In this document: piece after piece, positions 40,047-50,553 of the stretch
Layout of the letters: every line of letters begins with the position of its first letter
How positions within the stretch are numbered: the first letter of the stretch is position 1
Assembly: GCA_963733055.1 (NCBI GenBank)
Contig: CAVTBR010000001.1
Coordinates: 384,001-448,000 of the forward strand
Source: Candidatus Bathyarchaeota archaeon
GTDB taxonomy: Archaea; Thermoproteota; Bathyarchaeia; 40CM-2-53-6
DNA: 64,000 bases
Reading direction: 5' to 3'
Program-made: the position numbers and the translations under genes
The notes under the pieces: generated by a model
Told to the model about the DNA's origin: nothing
What the model saw: the letters and a program-made list of their open reading frames with translations, nothing else
Database searches by the model: none

Positions 40047-40585
40047 TTGTTCGGGGATTCCCGCGAGATGGGCGTCGATGCGCCGCCTTCAGGGTGGCAG
40101 TTCAGCATACTGAAGTATGAATTTGAACTGGTGAAGGACAAGAAGCCAACCATAATCGCAGTCGACGAAGTGGACACACTCCTTTACAAGGAGCGGGAGC
40201 CATTAATTTACTACCTTAACCGCCAACCCTACATCTCACTCATCCTGATCAGCAACCAGTTCTCCGACCTCACGAACTTCCCCCCCCCCCCCGAGCCAAA
40301 AGCAGCTTCCAACCCATCCCACTCGTTTTCCACTCGTACCGCGCGGAGGATGCCTACCTAATCCTGAAGACGAGAGTTAGGCACGCGTTCAAGCCGGGCA
40401 CAGTAGAGGAGGATGTGTTGCACGCGACGGCGAAGGCTGCGGCGGAAATCGGCGACATAAGATTCGGCTTCAACCTCCTCCTACTCGCCGGATTAGCAGC
40501 AGAGGCATCAGACAAGAGAGCCGTTCGCATGGAGGATTTAGAAGCATTCACCTCAGGCCTCAAGGAAGTCTTCACGGAAACCTAA
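40047..40585 (+). pseudogene. Truncated, frameshifted Orc1/Cdc6 AAA+ fragment
   Basis: Walker B IIAVDEVD, ILISN; after the C13 run (40280-40292) a second frame reads ILKTRV..AF...GDIRFG; no Walker A or winged-helix domain. Confidence 0.75.
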
Positions 40586-40878
40586 CCTTGGTATTCCATC
40601 CCTATGCAAGCCGATTACTTGCCATGTTAACACCAAAGTTGAACGGCCTGTTCTAGACCATCGATGAATGAATCGCTACCTACATCGCGGGACCCTCTCA
40701 TTTGAAATAGCTAAGGATTTGGTGTGATACGGAACGCATTTTCCCTCGCTTAGGTCTGGATCAAGTTGAGGAAAGGAGGAAAGAGGCTTTGCCCGGAAGT
40801 TAGTAGAAGAAGGGCCACCTTAGCGGGAGGTCTCGACTTAGACAAAATCGAGCTCGCAAGAATATGAGGTAGAACAAG

Positions 40879-42291
40879 CTGGATTCACACAGTCGGAAAA
40901 CACGTGGACAAGCAAAGGGCCAAACCAAAACTCCTGATCGCATTGTTGATCTAATGGTGGAGAAGCTGTTTTCAGGACGCGAGCCCAAGCAAAGTGATGT
41001 TCTACTAGACCCAGGATGTGGCGAAGGGTCTTTCATAGAGGGAGTTCTAAGATACTGTGAACTACACGAGCTCCAAGCTCCACATGTGGTCGGGGTCGAG
41101 ACAGACGCCGACTTAGTGAAAAAGGCACGCAGAAAATTCACAAACTCCGCAGTTGAAATCCTGCATCAAGACTACCTTGGCCCCCAGATTCCGGCAGATT
41201 TCATAATTGGCAATCCACCTTACGTGCCAATCACAGGTCTGACAGATCGCGAGAAGAAGCATTATCGTCGCCTATTCAAAACAGCTGTTTCACGGTTTGA
41301 TCTGTATCTATTATTCTTTGAGCGCTCCTTGGAGAATCTCAGAAGAAACGGGAGGTTATGTTTCGTGACCCCAGAAAAATACGAATACGTTCACACGGCG
41401 GCTTCTCTACGACGCATGTTCGTGAGCGTGTGTATCGAACAGATCGTCCACATCGATGAAGATTCATTTCGTGGACTAGTTACATATCCTGTCATAACTA
41501 CTGTCGAGAATAATCCATTACGCGCAGGTGAAGCCACATCTGTGCACCTCAGACACGGTTCAGTGATCTTGGTGCATCTACCTAAAGATGGATCAGCGTG
41601 GACCGGGGCCATCGAGAACGCTCAACCGATCGACAATGACGGTTTGACTCTAGGCAATGTGTGTATTCGAGTATCTGCGGGAATAGCTACAGGCGCGGAC
41701 TCGATCTATGTTCTTCACAGGGCAAAGATCCCCAAATCTCTTGAAGGATTCTCGCACCCCACAATTTCGGGTAAGCAACTTAATTCAGAGCAGAATGAAC
41801 TGAGTGCGACGCAAGACGTGATGCTTACTCCATATGATGAAACTGGAGCACTATTGCCAGAGGCAAAACTGGAGAAACTTCTAACATATCTCAAGCCTCA
41901 CAAGAAAATACTGGAACAACGTACATGTGTAAAGAAACACAACCACAGTAAGTGGTACCGATTCCATGACAGCGTGCCGCTGCCAGACATTATGCGCCCT
42001 AAAATTCTGTGTAAGGACATCGCACGGGAACCACGTTTCTGGATGGACAGGGCTGGCCTCGTGGTACCCAGACACACCGTGTATTATATCGTGCCAAAAG
42101 AGAACACCAACCCTGACGAATTGCTGATTTATCTAAACAGCGACCAGGCTAAATCGTGGTTGAAGGCCCACTGCCAACGCGCAGCAAACGGGTTCTACCG
42201 ACTTCAGACTGAAGTCATCAAACAGTTACCTATACCCGTCGAATTACACTCGAAGCTCAGAACGAATGAGCAAATATCCATGTTAAACTAG
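40879..42291 (+). CDS. Type II N6-adenine DNA methyltransferase (TaqI/Eco57I-like gamma class)
   Basis: Motif X GQTKTP, motif I DPGCGEG, motif IV GNPPY, FDLYLLF; probable CTG start 40879. Confidence 0.92.
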   Translation: MDSHSRKTRGQAKGQTKTPDRIVDLMVEKLFSGREPKQSDVLLDPGCGEGSFIEGVLRYCELHELQAPHVVGVETDADLVKKARRKFTNSAVEILHQDYLGPQIPADFIIGNPPYVPITGLTDREKKHYRRLFKTAVSRFDLYLLFFERSLENLRRNGRLCFVTPEKYEYVHTAASLRRMFVSVCIEQIVHIDEDSFRGLVTYPVITTVENNPLRAGEATSVHLRHGSVILVHLPKDGSAWTGAIENAQPIDNDGLTLGNVCIRVSAGIATGADSIYVLHRAKIPKSLEGFSHPTISGKQLNSEQNELSATQDVMLTPYDETGALLPEAKLEKLLTYLKPHKKILEQRTCVKKHNHSKWYRFHDSVPLPDIMRPKILCKDIAREPRFWMDRAGLVVPRHTVYYIVPKENTNPDELLIYLNSDQAKSWLKAHCQRAANGFYRLQTEVIKQLPIPVELHSKLRTNEQISMLN

Positions 42292-43155
42292 CTTGATCGT
42301 GCTGGCCATAAACTGCGAATAATCAGTACAGATTCGCTCCAAGAACTTCTTGTATTCGGCATCAACATCGATACCGAACGGGTTGTCTCGCGCCACTCGA
42401 GCAGGGCCAATGTTGTCATAATGGATTGGGCAAAGTAGAAGTACATCAAGCCCAGCTCTCGAACGATCTGGCGGTCGTCTAGGTAAAGTATTGAATTTCC
42501 GAAAAGTTTCCGCTTGTTGCTTGGGCGTGTTCTCACTAATCGCTTTCGGAAACTCATCTGCCAGGGTTTTATCATGAGCCTTAAGGCGGGGCAGTATTTC
42601 GTGCCCAAACCGATCCTTCCCTGCTAGAAACTTGAGCCTGTCGGGTACATTCAAGAAACGCTTCGCAAGACCGACCATTACTGTACCACCTACGATTGCG
42701 TCCACGCCCGCAGTGTTGGCATCCTGCCAAAGGTTGTTAAGGTCATCATAACGCGCATCACGGTTCCGGTGAGCAGTTGCCACCGATTTGTGTTCTATGG
42801 CGACGCGGATTTTTGTGAGGTCAGGTTTCATTCCCTTAATCCCCGCCGCTCCGTGCCAACCGGAGCTCGGAACATTGGGACTCTCATTTTGGGGTTGACT
42901 TAGTGGCGGTGCTATAATCAAATCGGTTGCTTGTTTACGCCCCCAATTTAGTTTCTTGTTTTTCCAATAACCAACCCTCCCAGATTCAAGATCCTTGCGA
43001 AGAGTAGCGCACATTTTCCATAGATCCTCTACAATGGCATCGCTGACTACGTCGGAATGCGTGTTAACACGATGGTTGTGATATCCTTCCTTATTTGTAG
43101 CCTCAGCATGTGCATCAAACGGCGTCCTATTCATGTTCACGATATAGGACCTCAA
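42283..43155 (-). CDS. Putative type II restriction endonuclease (PD-(D/E)xK)
   Basis: TDLII...IEHKS catalytic pattern; convergent with the MTase, 9-bp overlap. Confidence 0.7.
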   Translation of the reverse strand: MRSYIVNMNRTPFDAHAEATNKEGYHNHRVNTHSDVVSDAIVEDLWKMCATLRKDLESGRVGYWKNKKLNWGRKQATDLIIAPPLSQPQNESPNVPSSGWHGAAGIKGMKPDLTKIRVAIEHKSVATAHRNRDARYDDLNNLWQDANTAGVDAIVGGTVMVGLAKRFLNVPDRLKFLAGKDRFGHEILPRLKAHDKTLADEFPKAISENTPKQQAETFRKFNTLPRRPPDRSRAGLDVLLLCPIHYDNIGPARVARDNPFGIDVDAEYKKFLERICTDYSQFMASTIKLV

Positions 43156-43218
43156 TCACCTGTACTCTCAGCGTTCGAATCCGAACCTAGATCATTCATT
43201 AAATCTGCGGAATACTCG

Positions 43219-43998
43219 TTATATCCACTCTTCTATTGGATTAGACACCTTTTCGTAGAGGACTCCGTCACGTTCTCTCTGCGTGATGTAATTGTAAATT
43301 CTTTCAAAGTATCTCCTTTGGGTCATGTCTTCGCTCCGCCTCACAAGATCCTGCCAAGCTTGTTCCTGTGTTAGTTTTCTGCCTCCCCTAGTCCCGAATT
43401 GTCTAAGGATAATATCAAGCAAGATGATTATGTCGATGGGAGGGAAAGCAAAACGGGGCTTCTCCAACCAGGGGTCCCCGCAATAATGGAACCCACCCGC
43501 AACGGAATCAAGTTCTCCGGCCTTCCCGCCGTGCTGTAAATGACAAACTGGTCTTGGGTCAGCGACATCTTCAGTATCAATGTCAAAATGGAATCGGCGC
43601 ATAATCCTCCCATTCCCAAGATCCGCTGACGAGCCCAGACAACATGAAATCACCTCACCAGAGACGGGCTTTCTCGCGCGTTCATCAAGTCCAGCGACAA
43701 TGCACATCGAAAGAGAATAAAACCGAATTTCTAGATTTCGCACACTGATTTCTGCACCTAAAAGGGCCAGTCCCGATCGTTTACCCAAATTGTCATCGTT
43801 GACTATCGTTATTTGCCAAGGCGGATCTATCTTAAATGCCCAAGTGTCGCGGCCGGACTCCTTGAGTTTGCTGTAAATATGGACTGCAGATTCGCTAACA
43901 TTGGAATTGTTGCTGGCTATTTCCGTGTTGTCTTTTATGAATTGAAAGCATTTCTGGAGGTGAGCCTTGTATTCCGCTGGGATTCTTAACGCGGGCAT
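43219..43998 (-). CDS. Hypothetical protein (DUF2290-like H..HLQ.GG / PR...PP.D motif)
   Basis: RFHFDID, PVCHLQHGG, PRFAFPPIDIIILLD; starts immediately after the receiver gene stop. Confidence 0.7.
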   Translation of the reverse strand: MPALRIPAEYKAHLQKCFQFIKDNTEIASNNSNVSESAVHIYSKLKESGRDTWAFKIDPPWQITIVNDDNLGKRSGLALLGAEISVRNLEIRFYSLSMCIVAGLDERARKPVSGEVISCCLGSSADLGNGRIMRRFHFDIDTEDVADPRPVCHLQHGGKAGELDSVAGGFHYCGDPWLEKPRFAFPPIDIIILLDIILRQFGTRGGRKLTQEQAWQDLVRRSEDMTQRRYFERIYNYITQRERDGVLYEKVSNPIEEWI

Positions 43999-44991
43999 TT
44001 AGGTCACAAACTGCCTTACTTCCTCGAAGAACAGAGCGCGTAGCTTGGTTGGGTCTGGTGCACTACATCGGAAATGCACAGGACGTCGAATCCTTGCATC
44101 ATCTTTATCCAAGCCTACAGTATCCGGGTACGCCTCACCGCAAACAATACACTTCGCTACTTCCGCTGGGCGAAGTTTGAATACTCGTTTAGCTAAATTC
44201 TGCAAGTTAGTGGAATCGTCCTGAGGGAATCGTTTTGCGGCTTTGCGAAATACTATTTCCGACAAAGCCGAACTCCACCACAGGGACGGGTTTGTGCTGC
44301 TAAATATACCGAGATATCTGGTTGAGATAAATTTTGAGGCGCGTCTGGAGAATGCCTCTTCAGTCATTCCGAGCTTTGTTGAGGCGTAGAGACAATCGTA
44401 TAAAAAGCCCATCGAAGCAAGAAATCTTGTGTTGACCCATCTCGCAAAAGCAATTGTATTCCCCGCTCTTGAAAGACCCTTCTTGAGGTTTTCGGGCAGA
44501 ACCATCTGGATCCTGTTTTGATCGTCTACAGGGGCCTTTAGAAGCGCGTAAATTACGCGCACTGAATTGCGACGTGCCGTTCTCACCTTTCTATAGTCGA
44601 GGGAATCGTAGTACAGGATCGTGTCACCTTCTCGCTTGACCTTTTTGATATCAATGACTTTGTCAGCCGCGCTTTCTGCCGCCTGAGCTAGTGTTGTATG
44701 AAGAGTTGTTGCTGGCCAAGCACTGAATAAGTAAATGGGCACCTCCGGATATTTCACACGCACTTGTCCTGCGACAGCAATCCCGGTCCTGTAATTTCTC
44801 AGATGTAATCGGTCATCGATTAAGAATAGGTCCGACTTCTTTTGAAGTACTTCTCTTTGATTCCGCTCGAATTTCTGAGCGGGCACGAAATTAATGTGCA
44901 GTTGTCGATTTCTACCTTCCAGGTTTTTTGCATCCTCTTCATCCTCCGGATTATCATCAATCCATGTTACTGTGACACTTCCAGACATCAT
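43999..44991 (-). CDS. Response-regulator receiver protein with long C-terminal domain and CxxC...HxxC
   Basis: WIDDNP, DLFLIDDRL, LFSA, IDIK; C-terminal CIVC...HFRC. Confidence 0.8.
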   Translation of the reverse strand: MMSGSVTVTWIDDNPEDEEDAKNLEGRNRQLHINFVPAQKFERNQREVLQKKSDLFLIDDRLHLRNYRTGIAVAGQVRVKYPEVPIYLFSAWPATTLHTTLAQAAESAADKVIDIKKVKREGDTILYYDSLDYRKVRTARRNSVRVIYALLKAPVDDQNRIQMVLPENLKKGLSRAGNTIAFARWVNTRFLASMGFLYDCLYASTKLGMTEEAFSRRASKFISTRYLGIFSSTNPSLWWSSALSEIVFRKAAKRFPQDDSTNLQNLAKRVFKLRPAEVAKCIVCGEAYPDTVGLDKDDARIRRPVHFRCSAPDPTKLRALFFEEVRQFVT

Positions 44992-47264
44992 GGTAGCGTC
45001 ACCTCAACACAGGTCTTCCACGGTGCGGCGGGATCACGAAAATCGAATGATTTTCCATATGATGCGAGTATGTCTTTTACGATGCTCAATCCAAGTCCAC
45101 TACCTTCTCCCAGCACCAGAAAGTCCTGAGATTGAAGTTTTTCTCTGAGGCGCTTGTAAAGGCGCCCTTCGGGGTCGGAAACCAATGGCATTCCTATTTG
45201 CCCGCGTGAGTCTTCATCCACCCCTATACCGTCGTCAGAGACTCGCAGAATGCGTTCGCCCTTCTCCTCGACCGCCTCAATTTTGATTCTATGTCCATCG
45301 CCAGCGATAACTGCTTTAACTGCGTTTGATACGAGGTTGATCAGGATGGAATAGACCTCCGCTTCCAACATTGGGCCGGTCTTAAGCATGTCGGGAACTT
45401 TGCTGTAGTCAACAGTAATATTGAAACGCTCTGTCAGTCCCGCAAAACAACTCACAACTTCCTCAAGAGTTTTTTTCAATCGCAGAGGGTGTCTCTTTGT
45501 TTCGGTTAGATCTACTGACACACCTTGGATCAATTTCACTTGATTGTCAAACCGATCGACTGTTGCTCTTAGATCAGCGGCCAACTTGAGGAATTGTTGT
45601 TTTTGTCTTTCCCCAAGCCCGCGGGCAAGTCGCTCCAACGTCGAAGCGTGCGTATCCAGCCTTCCTATCACAGTTCTTGCTTCATGAACAAAAGTGAACA
45701 TGAGCGCACCGGCAGATGCCGAGGTTCTCAATACATTCAACTGTTTCTCGAGGTGAGAGATACTGGTTTCGACTACTTGCCTCGCTTTCGACGCATTTTT
45801 GTAAACCTTGTCTGCACTTAGTCCATCAAGACTCGGGCCTTCGGCGGCAAGCTTTACAGATTCCTCCATGAGATTCAAAGCCGACTGAACGATCGGCATA
45901 ACGACTTCAGGTACTTGCTCTCTGGGTATTTCGAGTTCAGCTACCTGCTCTTTTAGTTCCTGAGCGGTTCTCCTGACTTCCTCTTGTTGCGCTCTTACGA
46001 GGAAGTACTGATAGTAAATCGTTGCCCACTCGATTCCTCGTCGGATGAATTGTTTCAGGTGCTTGAAAGCTTCGTTCTCGATGATGCCTTCTCTGTTTAC
46101 GGTAACATCGAAGGTTTTCTTGGGATAGTTTTGAATTATAACGCGGCCGACCAAATTCTCGTTTCGAGGAAGATGCAACATTGCCCGCGAGTGATCGACG
46201 CCTACTAAGTTTTCTGAGACCTTTTTGAATACATCGTCTGCTTTTGTTAATCTTCGGGCCACATCTTTGTCGATATCGAGCCAGTCATCGCCGGGTTCTC
46301 CATAAGGGTAAACGCGGAATCCGTTCAGGTAAACCCTGACACCACTCCACTCTTCGGCAATCTCATCAATCAATCCCATTGTCAGGGTAGACCGATCCCT
46401 GATGTACTCTTTTCGTCTCCAGACAAAATCGATGTCGTAACTAACGCCGGGAATATCGACGTACGTTGTTGGTAGCTCAAAATGAGCCTTGCCAATGTTC
46501 ATCGCTTCGAGACTCAGAAGCGCGGTTCCGTTGGCAGATACTGAACCCTTCAGTCTTCCCCATCCTGCGTTCATAACCTGTTCTGATATCTTCCCTGTGA
46601 CAGACTTGAATTCTGGGGCCTCAAGAATCACTTCAAAGCCCGGATCCGGATTGAATCCTTTGCGTTTGGCTCCGGTCGCCAGTGAGAGCCCCAATACTTG
46701 ACGTCGTAGCACATTTAGATCGCGGGTTGACCATGGTTCCGAGAGGCCAACTAATCTTATTGTTAGCCCTGTGGCATCTGTAGAGATCATTTTTTTTTCG
46801 TATTCGTTGGGTATGTCAGTCAGCGTGAGCCCTGCCTTGAATTTCTTCCATTCAAATAGAACCTTAGTAAACTCACGTTTTCCCTTTTGCCCACACTCTG
46901 CGGTGGATTCAAGAATCAGTCTCTTAGCTAACCGCCGACAGGCAAACCTACCAATCCCCTTGTCCCCCGTTTTGGGTCTGCCGTATTTTGGAGAGAAGGG
47001 ATTGCGCAGTTTATTCGGAGTCGCGACTTTCATCCAAAAACTCTTGACTTGATCAAATGTCATTCCATGTCCGTCGTCAATGAGTATGATCTGACTTGAC
47101 GGACCTGGTGCTTTCTCGATGTTTTGGAAGACTACAGTTACTTTAGTCGCATCCGCGTCGTATGCATTCTTGATGAGTTCGGCCAAAGCGATATAGTTCT
47201 TGGAAACAAGGCGTTCACCCAGCTCGCTCAATAGAAGACTGTCAACGGAGAAAGTAAGACTCAA
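44988..47264 (-). CDS. MORC/GHKL ATPase-histidine kinase fusion (soluble)
   Basis: N-terminal ELIKNAYDADA, DDGHGM, GDKGIGRFA, S5-like YLNGFRVYPYG; C-terminal H-box VHEART, N-box NLVSNA, DDGIG, GSGLGL. Confidence 0.9.
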   Translation of the reverse strand: MSLTFSVDSLLLSELGERLVSKNYIALAELIKNAYDADATKVTVVFQNIEKAPGPSSQIILIDDGHGMTFDQVKSFWMKVATPNKLRNPFSPKYGRPKTGDKGIGRFACRRLAKRLILESTAECGQKGKREFTKVLFEWKKFKAGLTLTDIPNEYEKKMISTDATGLTIRLVGLSEPWSTRDLNVLRRQVLGLSLATGAKRKGFNPDPGFEVILEAPEFKSVTGKISEQVMNAGWGRLKGSVSANGTALLSLEAMNIGKAHFELPTTYVDIPGVSYDIDFVWRRKEYIRDRSTLTMGLIDEIAEEWSGVRVYLNGFRVYPYGEPGDDWLDIDKDVARRLTKADDVFKKVSENLVGVDHSRAMLHLPRNENLVGRVIIQNYPKKTFDVTVNREGIIENEAFKHLKQFIRRGIEWATIYYQYFLVRAQQEEVRRTAQELKEQVAELEIPREQVPEVVMPIVQSALNLMEESVKLAAEGPSLDGLSADKVYKNASKARQVVETSISHLEKQLNVLRTSASAGALMFTFVHEARTVIGRLDTHASTLERLARGLGERQKQQFLKLAADLRATVDRFDNQVKLIQGVSVDLTETKRHPLRLKKTLEEVVSCFAGLTERFNITVDYSKVPDMLKTGPMLEAEVYSILINLVSNAVKAVIAGDGHRIKIEAVEEKGERILRVSDDGIGVDEDSRGQIGMPLVSDPEGRLYKRLREKLQSQDFLVLGEGSGLGLSIVKDILASYGKSFDFRDPAAPWKTCVEVTLP

Positions 47265-47819
47265 GGAAGGCTTTCTCCCTCGCTCAAGGGCGGTCGGTGT
47301 GATAATAAGTGTTCTCCAGGTATTCGCGCCATCAAGACACGTTTGGGCACTCGGAAGTCGGTTATCTTCTTGGAAAGTACTCTAAGACGAAAGTCGCCCT
47401 CTAGCTTTTCGAATCGGTCAAGGCGCACGACTAACTAGACAGAATCTCTGCGATCTACCCTCGATTCTTACCAAGTCGTCAATCGGCAAATGCTTCGAGC
47501 TCCTCACGTTTTTTGGTCAGCTTCCATGCACCAATACGGTAGCGTGATCAATTTCGGGAAGTAAACAGCTCGTATTCCTCTTGTTTGCGAGTGAATTTCT
47601 GATCTGATTCCAACTACCAACCATTTGCATATCTGATGACAAGAAAGATACAACCATTGTTACCTTCAAAAGCATCTTAAGTCCCCGATCAAGAAAAGAA
47701 AGCGGAAAAAACACTCTGAGGTTTGAATTAGCCTCCTAAAGACTGCAACTCAACCTAACGGTTCAAATTACGAGTTTCACCGTGGGGTGCACACTCACGA
47801 CAATACCGTCAAGTAGTCA

Positions 47820-48414
47820 GTGATGATTGAGATCTTGTTACAGTACCTTCTTTTCGTGTCGGCTGGGGCATTCTTGGTCGCTGCTTACGTTTACGTAAGG
47901 TCGATGTTGAAGGGAAGTGTGAAGCCGAATCGAGCGAGCTGGCTGCTGTGGGCTATTGCGTCGATGATTGGTTTTGCTGCAGCAGTTTCCAATGGCGCGG
48001 GCTTGGCTGCTGTGCCAGTGTTTATGTCGGGTTTTTGTCCGCTCTTGATCTTCGCTGCTTCCTTTGTTGTAAAAGGGGGCTCATTGGAAGTTGGTCAAAC
48101 TAGATTATGCTTGCGGCGTGCTGTCAGCCTTGGCCTTAGTTTCTTGGGTGGTGACGAGCGATCCAGACGTTGCCATCTTGTTCGCAATTTTAAGCGACAC
48201 CCTGGCCTCAGTTCCGACGCTCGTAAAAGGGTGGCAGCATCCGGAATCAGAGTCCGCATGGACGTATTTGGTTGGAATTTTCGGCGGCATTACGAGTTTC
48301 CTCGCAATCACCGCATGGACCTTTTCGCAGTACGCCTTCCCAGCATACTTAGTGGTAATGAGTGGTCTTCTAGTTTTGAGTATCTACCGGAAAAGAATTC
48401 TTATCTATTTTTGA
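47820..48414 (+). CDS. Multi-pass membrane protein, split by +1 frameshift in G5 run (48075-48079)
   Basis: KPNRASWLLW; two overlapping hydrophobic ORFs join as VKGAHWKLVKLDY. Confidence 0.75.
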
Positions 48415-48583
48415 AAAAACGGACCCTGCATTTCTAGTGATCCCGATTACATATTTTTTATGTGTACTTGTAAGGGATATCCGCGCCAACGCTTCAAACA
48501 CCTACGTATGTGATCGCCACTAATGTGGTGGCAGCAAATTTCAGATACGCAGATTTTGCCGGCACTAGCTGGCGTGTAGATCA

Positions 48584-48619
48584 AAGGACTCGCACCTTAT
48601 TCGGTTCAAGTCCCTCCGG
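48584..48619 (+). repeat. Degenerate direct repeat copy A, with tRNA T-arm-like core
   Basis: AAGGACTCGCACCTTATTCGGTTCAAGTCCCTCCGG; 30/36 identical to 50554-50588 by hand alignment. Confidence 0.6.
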
Positions 48620-48895
48620 CTCTGACCCTAACAGAGTTCAAGTCCTTTGTTCTGAATCACTAGGTGTGCGACCGGTAAATTGGTGTCAGAATCCCGTTCC
48701 CCATCTCTGAAGTTCGAGTAACTCCGATACGAATCGTTACCTCTCTCAAGCGGATCTGGCCGGCCAGGCGACCGTACGCAGGACCTGGTGCTCTCACTAA
48801 CACTGTTTAGAATTATGCGGCGAAATCGTCGTAACCCACAAAACCGAACATAGGTAACAGTGTACCTATCGAGAACGGTTCCACTAGTCCTCTAG

Positions 48896-50053
48896 GTGCC
48901 TGTGCGCGTAATGGAACAATCTGCTTTACGGGACAAGATTCGCGTTGACGACGAAACCTTGGTGATTGAATCATTCAAGACAACGGCTTTCGACGTCGTA
49001 TCGTATTTCAGAGATAACAAAATTGAAGAATATGAGTCTCTCTTAGACGCCGTCCTCAGAGCTGGAACAATCGCGCTTCGAAGCGTAGCTGTTGCCGAAA
49101 AGATAGATTACATACAGAAGGCGTTCGGTGAACTAGATAACAAGTTCTCCACAGATCTTAAGAATAGTATTCAGATGCTCGACGATAGGTTCGAAGATTA
49201 CTTCGGGGAGAAAGGAAAGGTCTCCGAGATGATCAATACTCATTTTGGAGAAAATGGAAAGATCGTCAAGGAAATCTTCGATCCGAACAGAGATGGCACC
49301 CCTCTCTTCACTCTGTCACAGGGGTTCAAGAGAGACATGTTGGACATTCGCGAGAAACTTGGGATCAAAGAGGAGACTGATAAGATAAGGTCGAAAACTC
49401 CTCTCAAGGGACATGAGTTTGAGGCGACTTGTGAACTAAAGCTAAGTGAGATCACACGACTGAACGGAGATGAACTTGAGAACACGACTAACATCGTTGG
49501 AACCATACCACATAGCAAGAAAGGCGATTACGTAGTTACACTAGTTGGGAAAAATCCCAAAAAGTTTGTCTTCGAATTAAAGAATGTATCAAGTAAATTC
49601 TCGACAAGCGAAATTCACCAGAGCCTCGAACAGTCCATGAAAAACCGACAGGCTTCGTACGGAGTTTTTGTCGTTAAGGATGTTGAAGCTTTGCCTGAGA
49701 GCATAGGATGTTTCAATGAGTGCGCTGATAACCAGCTCGTCTGCGCCCTAGCGAAAGAAGAGTCATCGGATTTGACGAACTTGGATATCCTTTTCATAGC
49801 CTACCGTTGGGCAAAGCTGCGGGTTCTTCTTGAATCAGTGGCCGACCAAAGGATGGATGCCGGTAAAATCAAGGAAATCGTAAATGATCTTAAGGATCAG
49901 CTACGAAGATTCACAACCATCAAGACGAAATGCAGTAGCATACAAACCTCAGCGAAAGAGGTCAAAGACATCTTAGATGAACTCAAAAACCACATTGACG
50001 ACGATATCGGTCAGGTTCTGAAGGCGATCACTGAAGAAAAACCGCTTATCTGA
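48896..50053 (+). CDS. Coiled-coil protein with central PD-(D/E)xK nuclease-like domain (DUF2130/RmuC-like)
   Basis: KGHEFE...KKGDYVV...FELKN flanked by heptad-rich segments. Confidence 0.7.
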   Translation: MPVRVMEQSALRDKIRVDDETLVIESFKTTAFDVVSYFRDNKIEEYESLLDAVLRAGTIALRSVAVAEKIDYIQKAFGELDNKFSTDLKNSIQMLDDRFEDYFGEKGKVSEMINTHFGENGKIVKEIFDPNRDGTPLFTLSQGFKRDMLDIREKLGIKEETDKIRSKTPLKGHEFEATCELKLSEITRLNGDELENTTNIVGTIPHSKKGDYVVTLVGKNPKKFVFELKNVSSKFSTSEIHQSLEQSMKNRQASYGVFVVKDVEALPESIGCFNECADNQLVCALAKEESSDLTNLDILFIAYRWAKLRVLLESVADQRMDAGKIKEIVNDLKDQLRRFTTIKTKCSSIQTSAKEVKDILDELKNHIDDDIGQVLKAITEEKPLI

Positions 50054-50057
50054 GCGA

Positions 50058-50465
50058 ATGAGAAAGTGGACCTTGATCCGGGAACAGAAAGTGGCACAAC
50101 GCGCCATTACCTACGTCAAAAACCAGGCAGCTAGGAATCACATTAAGGTGCGTCCATCGAAGTTTGCGTCTGGCTACGACCTAGTATTACTTTACCCAAG
50201 CGGCAAGAGGCGCAGGATTGAGGTCAAAGGATCGCAGAAGGACAACATGATACCCGACATACGCGTTAGCGAGTTCGACGATGAAAAGAGACTCAAGGCC
50301 GACTTTCTATACTTCGTTGGGAACGTCTTCAAACGAAAGCCGATCCTCCACGTTATACCACGTAATGCAATTAGACCTCAAGATCTGAGTCCAAGGGGAA
50401 CCTATCATCTGAGGTTCGGTATGAACCGATTACAGAAGTATCGTAAGGATACATTCCCCGGATAG
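50058..50465 (+). CDS. Small PD-(D/E)xK nuclease (DUF3883/NO VEIN-C-like)
   Basis: GYDL...IEVKGS motif; 4 bp after the previous gene. Confidence 0.75.
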   Translation: MRKWTLIREQKVAQRAITYVKNQAARNHIKVRPSKFASGYDLVLLYPSGKRRRIEVKGSQKDNMIPDIRVSEFDDEKRLKADFLYFVGNVFKRKPILHVIPRNAIRPQDLSPRGTYHLRFGMNRLQKYRKDTFPG

Positions 50466-50553
50466 GTGTTAGAACTGCATCGTAGACTTCCTTTCTACCA
50501 GTAAGTTGGGGTCAGAATCCCCAATTGCACAGGATAGGCTTGCAACTAGTAAG

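Noticed and set aside
43170-43187. GTTCGAATCC T-loop consensus between the endonuclease and the 259-aa gene
   Set aside because: No flanking stem or cloverleaf; probably chance or a very decayed scar.
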